Shown: in pieces, positions 59,974 through 64,000 of the stretch
Layout: every line of letters begins with the position of its first letter
How positions within the stretch are numbered: the stretch's first letter is position 1
Source: an uncultured cyanobacterium
GTDB lineage: Bacteria > Cyanobacteriota > Cyanobacteriia > PCC-9006 > JAAUQQ01
Direction: 5' to 3'
DNA length: 64,000 bases
NCBI GenBank assembly: GCA_963718615.1
Contig: OY970368.1
Coordinates: 2,006,475-2,070,474, forward strand
Notes under the pieces: generated by a model
Told to the model about the DNA's origin: nothing
The model's input: the letters and a program-made list of their open reading frames with translations, nothing else
Database searches by the model: none
Translations under genes and position numbers: made by a program

Positions 59974-60846
59974 TTACCGCTGTGAAATCTGAAGCGAAGG
60001 CGTTTTCACCTGAGCCTGCTGGAGGAGCGAGGTCAGAGTTGTGCGCAGTTCGACTTGGTCGGGATTTTGTTCGATCGCCCGCACCAATAAGCCGACAGCG
60101 TCATACCAATAGCCCTGGGCCGCTTGGGCTGAAACCTGCTCGAGTACAGACGCAGAAGGAGAAAACTGGGCGATGCTTGCGGGCAGGCGAGTAATAAAGC
60201 TGCGAGCATAGATGCCAGAGCCAAAGAGCTCTGCCGTGGTGGTCACGGGTCGACAGGCGGAAACCACGGTCCAGCGGTAGCGAACATTGGGTTCCAGCGT
60301 AATCGATTCAGGCAGCGTCAGATGGAAAACCCCGCTGTGGTTCGCGGTCAACGCCTGGGAATAGATCGGCTGGGCCTGCTGAGGATGGGACAGCATCATC
60401 ACCATGGAAACCGGCTGCTGGGTTTGCACAGACCAGGCCAGCGTCGGCTGGGCTTGGGTGGTGAGGAGGCCAGCCGGGTCCTGGGGGGCCAGGAGGCTGA
60501 GCTGAGTGGCGGGAGTTTGAGCGGTAGAGATTTGATCGGGAGACGGAATGACGCCAGGGCAAGCGGGGGCACCGGCATCGCGCCGCCCACCGGAGAGTGT
60601 ACTGCCGACCCGGCCTCGGTTCTCTTTGGGACGCCATTGGACTGTGGAGGGGGAAGCACTGGCCGAGGGGGGTGGACTTGGGTGAGTTTGGGCGATCGCA
60701 CTCGCGGTCATCAAGCCCCAAAGGGGAATAAAACCGCCTGTGATGGCGATCGCCAAGCCCCAGGAAGATAGCTGCTGCAACATAAACAATCCGGTGTGAG
60801 GAAAGGAATAGGGCAGATCCACCTTAAGACTCGTAAAATTTGCCAA
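59974..60846 (-). CDS. DUF928-family secreted protein
   Basis: Signal peptide; cyanobacterial DUF928-like sequence; positioned between CHAT and CHASE2 genes. Confidence 0.6.
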   Translation of the reverse strand: MANFTSLKVDLPYSFPHTGLFMLQQLSSWGLAIAITGGFIPLWGLMTASAIAQTHPSPPPSASASPSTVQWRPKENRGRVGSTLSGGRRDAGAPACPGVIPSPDQISTAQTPATQLSLLAPQDPAGLLTTQAQPTLAWSVQTQQPVSMVMMLSHPQQAQPIYSQALTANHSGVFHLTLPESITLEPNVRYRWTVVSACRPVTTTAELFGSGIYARSFITRLPASIAQFSPSASVLEQVSAQAAQGYWYDAVGLLVRAIEQNPDQVELRTTLTSLLQQAQVKTPSLQISQR

Positions 60847-60858
60847 GAGAATTAAAGC

Positions 60859-63800
60859 TTACCAAGGATTGCCCACAAGGTTGAAGGCAGCCCAGTAAAA
60901 GGGATGGGTAAAGCGAATCGGTTCAGCATTGGGCTCAGAATTTACCTCAGAATTCACCTCAGAGGGAGGGTCTGATTCTGCTGCGGGGGGAGCAAGCCAC
61001 TGTAATTCCGGGGGCAACGGAATCGACTGGTGAGCCGTCAGTAATTGACCGTTCTCGATCCGCGTTTCGCCGTTCAGCATGTGAAGCTGGGTGGCTTGCA
61101 GGGCGGCGGCGAGTCCGTTTGCAGAGGAAACCTGACGATAGAAATCCGTCATTAAGGCCAGTGTGCCCACATCTGAGACAGACCATATACTTCCTAATAC
61201 AGACTTCACACCACTGGCTGCCGCTAAGCCGGTAAAGCCCAGTTCTGCGTCTGAACTGCCAAGCGCGGTTGCGCAGGCACTAAATGTCAGTAAATCTACG
61301 TTGGATAAATCCCAGGGAAGCTGGCGGAATTTGCGGAGATTGAGTTGTTCTTCCCACAACTGAATAAAGGAATCCTGAGCGGATCCCGGTTGAAAAACGG
61401 CGTGGGTGGCGAGATGCAAAATCTCTGGCCGCTGCTGTTGTTGCTGGTTGAGCAGATTGTCCAGGGTAAAGCCTTCGTTGAGCCAGGGGCGATCGCTTCC
61501 CAAACTCTGACTAATGGTTTGCAATTCTGTCGCGACCGCAGGCAGAGGCGCTAGGGTTTGAAACTGGTCCGCCCCCATGGATAACAATTGGCGGGGGGGC
61601 TTGGCAGGGAGTCGGGCATCCATCAAACTCATGCTGGGAACGAGCGCTAAGGCATAGCGTTCAATCACAAACGTTTCTTCATCCATCATGGCTGCGACGG
61701 GAAGCGTGCGCAGTCCTTCATCTAGGCTGAAGAGGAGCTGGGTGATCTGATTTTTTTCTAGTTCTGGTTCAAAGGGTTCGACCAACCATTGATAAAACTG
61801 TCGTCCCGTGGGTTGATAGCCATATTCATCGTCCGGGTCAGAGGCGGCCATGCGAAACAGTTGTGCGAGCGGAATGACCTGTTGCCGCTGGACGGGGAGG
61901 GTTTTAGCGATCGCTTTCCCCTCCGGTAAAACCAAAACAATATTCAAATGATCCTGATCGAGTTGGGGCGATCGCCCTTGTTCCGTCAATAAGTCTTGAT
62001 CAAGCTGGTTAGGACTGGTCGCAGAAATGCCTGTTGCTTCAGCTTTCTGACGAGCGGGGGGCCGAAAGAACGCATAGATAACGGCGCTAGCAATTCCTTT
62101 GCTGTCCCGCGCTTGGCGTAACCGGGCCTGAATTTCTCCCAAGCTCAGAGTTTCGCCGGAAGCAATGTCCCAGTAGTTGCGATAGTCTTCACTGCTATTT
62201 CGCTCGGACTGTTGCACAAGCATGCCAGCGGTCGTAGGATCGAGGGAAAGTCCGGTTGAGGGGTTGAGGCTTACCGTCTCATTGGCGTTGGTGAGCAGCG
62301 CCGTTTCTGACTGAAGCGCTAACGTGTTCTCCCACTGAGATATCAATTGCTGAGATGTCAATGGGATCAACGGTAGTTTTGATGCATTAGAGTCAGCGGT
62401 TGTTGCCGGGGACAAAGGGTCTGAAGAAGCCCCAGGATTGCTAACTGGCAACGGCGTTGGAACGGGATTCGGGTGAGCAACAGATGTTGGAATGGGGCTG
62501 GGAATGGGGCTAGGAATAGGGTTGATAACCGGTGGAATAACAGGCTGGGTTGTCGTGAGTTGATAAGGGATAGGTGTGATCAAACCGGGGGTTGTTGCAG
62601 TGGCCGTGTAGGTTGCGGGGAGATCGGTGGCGGCGATCGCCAAACTCGCCTGCCCCCCGCTAATAGCAACCTGGCTGTTGCCCTCAGGGGTGATACCGCT
62701 GGGAACTGTAAAATTGACCCAGCCACCATCCACCGGAGCGCCGTCGTTGCTGGCGATCGCCAAGCCAATCGGACTGGCAAAGGCCGTATTTACCTCGGTG
62801 GTTTGGGGCGTACCGCTAGCGGTAATCACAAAGCCTTGGGATTCAAAGGCACCGATATCGGGATTGCCCCATCTGGCTAGGCCCCGTTGATCCGTGGGGA
62901 TATTAGAACTGCCTTGGTCGATTGCTACACTACCGGGCAATAGGGCTATGGTTTCTGTCAGGCCGCCATAGTTCCCGAGGGGCGCGAGCAGTGGATGGAT
63001 TGGCGCAGTGTGGGTGCCCACAAACGCACTGAGGGTGAAGCCTGTTGATCCAGTTTGAATCCCAATCAGATTGTGGTTTAAATCCGTAAACGAACCAAAG
63101 AGATCGGGACCTATCGCCGCTTGATTCTGCGCCACAATCGTATTCGCAACCGTTAAAGCTCCTCCGGCTGTCCCTTGCATAATGCCGCCGCCACGACCTT
63201 GACCATCCCCATCGGCATCGGCTTGATTATGGGCGATCGTGGCATGGATAAGTTGACCCGTTCCATAGTGATTTAAGCCGCCACCATCCCGCCCTGCTTG
63301 GTTATCCGACAAGGTAATATTTTCACCCTGAAACGTTGAATTTTGCCCCAGGGAAATTCCGCCACCGTCCAGTCCAGCCGTATTACGAGCGATCGTCGAA
63401 TTTACCAAGTTTAGGATTCCCCCGGCAGCAATGGGATTGACCCCAATTCCCCCGCCGTAGTCCCTGGCGTGGTTGTCCGTTACCAGGCTGTTTTTTAGGG
63501 TGATAGTACCCGTGAAGTTTTGAAAATTCGGAGCCGCTAAACCACCGCCGTTAATGTCAGACTGATTGTTACTCAAGGTAACAGTATCAAGTACCAAATT
63601 ACTCGAATTTTCAAGATTAATCCCACCCCCAAATTGACCCGCTTGATTGCCTTGAATGACGGTCCGCTGAATGTTACCTTGTAATTCTAATAAACTCAGC
63701 GCACCGCCATAGAGCTGTGCTTGGTTGTTGATGAAGTTGCTATCGGCGATCGCCAAATTACCCGTATTATGCCGCACTGCGCCACCGCTGGTCGCAGTAT

Positions 63801-64000
63801 TATTTTGAAAGTTACTCCGAAGGATGGAAAGTATTCCATTGTTAACGGCGATCGCTCCCCCATAGCGTGTTGCCACATTATTTTGAAATGTGGTATTATC
63901 CACTGTCAGCGTTTCATAATTGTTAATGGCACCCCCATCTTGGGTCGCTTGATTGGCGTCAAAGAGCGAGTTACGAATTACCATCGTAGCGCCAACGTCG
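60859..64000 (-). CDS. Pmp-type (GGAI / FxxN) parallel beta-helix repeat protein with C-terminal CHAT domain; 5' end beyond window
   Basis: At least 9 GGAI/GGGI plus FxxN repeat units; C-terminal HLATHA...FSACAT CHAT dyad. Confidence 0.75.
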   Translation of the reverse strand, partial: DVGATMVIRNSLFDANQATQDGGAINNYETLTVDNTTFQNNVATRYGGAIAVNNGILSILRSNFQNNTATSGGAVRHNTGNLAIADSNFINNQAQLYGGALSLLELQGNIQRTVIQGNQAGQFGGGINLENSSNLVLDTVTLSNNQSDINGGGLAAPNFQNFTGTITLKNSLVTDNHARDYGGGIGVNPIAAGGILNLVNSTIARNTAGLDGGGISLGQNSTFQGENITLSDNQAGRDGGGLNHYGTGQLIHATIAHNQADADGDGQGRGGGIMQGTAGGALTVANTIVAQNQAAIGPDLFGSFTDLNHNLIGIQTGSTGFTLSAFVGTHTAPIHPLLAPLGNYGGLTETIALLPGSVAIDQGSSNIPTDQRGLARWGNPDIGAFESQGFVITASGTPQTTEVNTAFASPIGLAIASNDGAPVDGGWVNFTVPSGITPEGNSQVAISGGQASLAIAATDLPATYTATATTPGLITPIPYQLTTTQPVIPPVINPIPSPIPSPIPTSVAHPNPVPTPLPVSNPGASSDPLSPATTADSNASKLPLIPLTSQQLISQWENTLALQSETALLTNANETVSLNPSTGLSLDPTTAGMLVQQSERNSSEDYRNYWDIASGETLSLGEIQARLRQARDSKGIASAVIYAFFRPPARQKAEATGISATSPNQLDQDLLTEQGRSPQLDQDHLNIVLVLPEGKAIAKTLPVQRQQVIPLAQLFRMAASDPDDEYGYQPTGRQFYQWLVEPFEPELEKNQITQLLFSLDEGLRTLPVAAMMDEETFVIERYALALVPSMSLMDARLPAKPPRQLLSMGADQFQTLAPLPAVATELQTISQSLGSDRPWLNEGFTLDNLLNQQQQQRPEILHLATHAVFQPGSAQDSFIQLWEEQLNLRKFRQLPWDLSNVDLLTFSACATALGSSDAELGFTGLAAASGVKSVLGSIWSVSDVGTLALMTDFYRQVSSANGLAAALQATQLHMLNGETRIENGQLLTAHQSIPLPPELQWLAPPAAESDPPSEVNSEVNSEPNAEPIRFTHPFYWAAFNLVGNPW

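Overview
This window looks like a cyanobacterial chromosome segment. GC content is roughly 55-58% by eye, the HIP1 palindrome GCGATCGC occurs dozens of times, and the genes include psbX, ycf66, ycf51, ycf19/yggT, petH with a CpcD-like domain, prk and opcA. Most of the window is core metabolism and photosynthesis. The core genes are:
- a cobalamin block (cobI partial, cobH, cobL, cobK);
- an nfeD-flotillin-flotillin operon next to rtcB;
- beta-carbonic anhydrase, gatA, prk, petH, fbp-zwf-opcA and psbX;
- yggT, a CNNM/CorC transporter, a futA-type iron-binding protein and a c-type cytochrome lipoprotein;
- dusA, a pabB-pabC fusion, sdhA and truB;
- tRNA-Thr.
The accessory and unusual content is:
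1. A roughly 5 kb low-GC island at 37.6-42.4 kb. It carries an Rpn-family PD-(D/E)xK nuclease gene, a GC-rich 5' remnant of a gene, and an AT-rich full copy of that gene split by an IS982-family element. The IS has imperfect terminal inverted repeats and a 7 bp target duplication, and removing it in silico restores one ORF. The island ends in an FG-GAP beta-propeller protein whose C-terminal Hint domain switches abruptly to GC-rich native codon usage.
2. A co-directional cluster of at least 10.6 kb at the 3' end of the window. It encodes a Pmp-repeat beta-helix protein with a CHAT domain, DUF928, a CHASE2-GGDEF protein and a TPS-domain/TPR/CHAT protein. The last gene carries a single-nucleotide frameshift.
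3. A 658-aa extremely acidic, repeat-rich, disordered protein.
4. A third SPFH protein with an internally duplicated N-terminal domain and a 4 x 13 bp repeat array abutting its start codon.
5. Two adjacent, imperfect tRNA-like genes. One has a wobble-rich anticodon stem and a C3:A70 mismatch, and the other has an AT-rich acceptor stem and a C1:A72 mismatch.
6. A G7-G5-G6-G7 quadruplex-type tract inside cobK, and several in-frame and intergenic short tandem repeat arrays.
No CRISPR array and no obvious phage or defense operon were seen. All calls come from reading the six-frame ORF track and the sequence directly.
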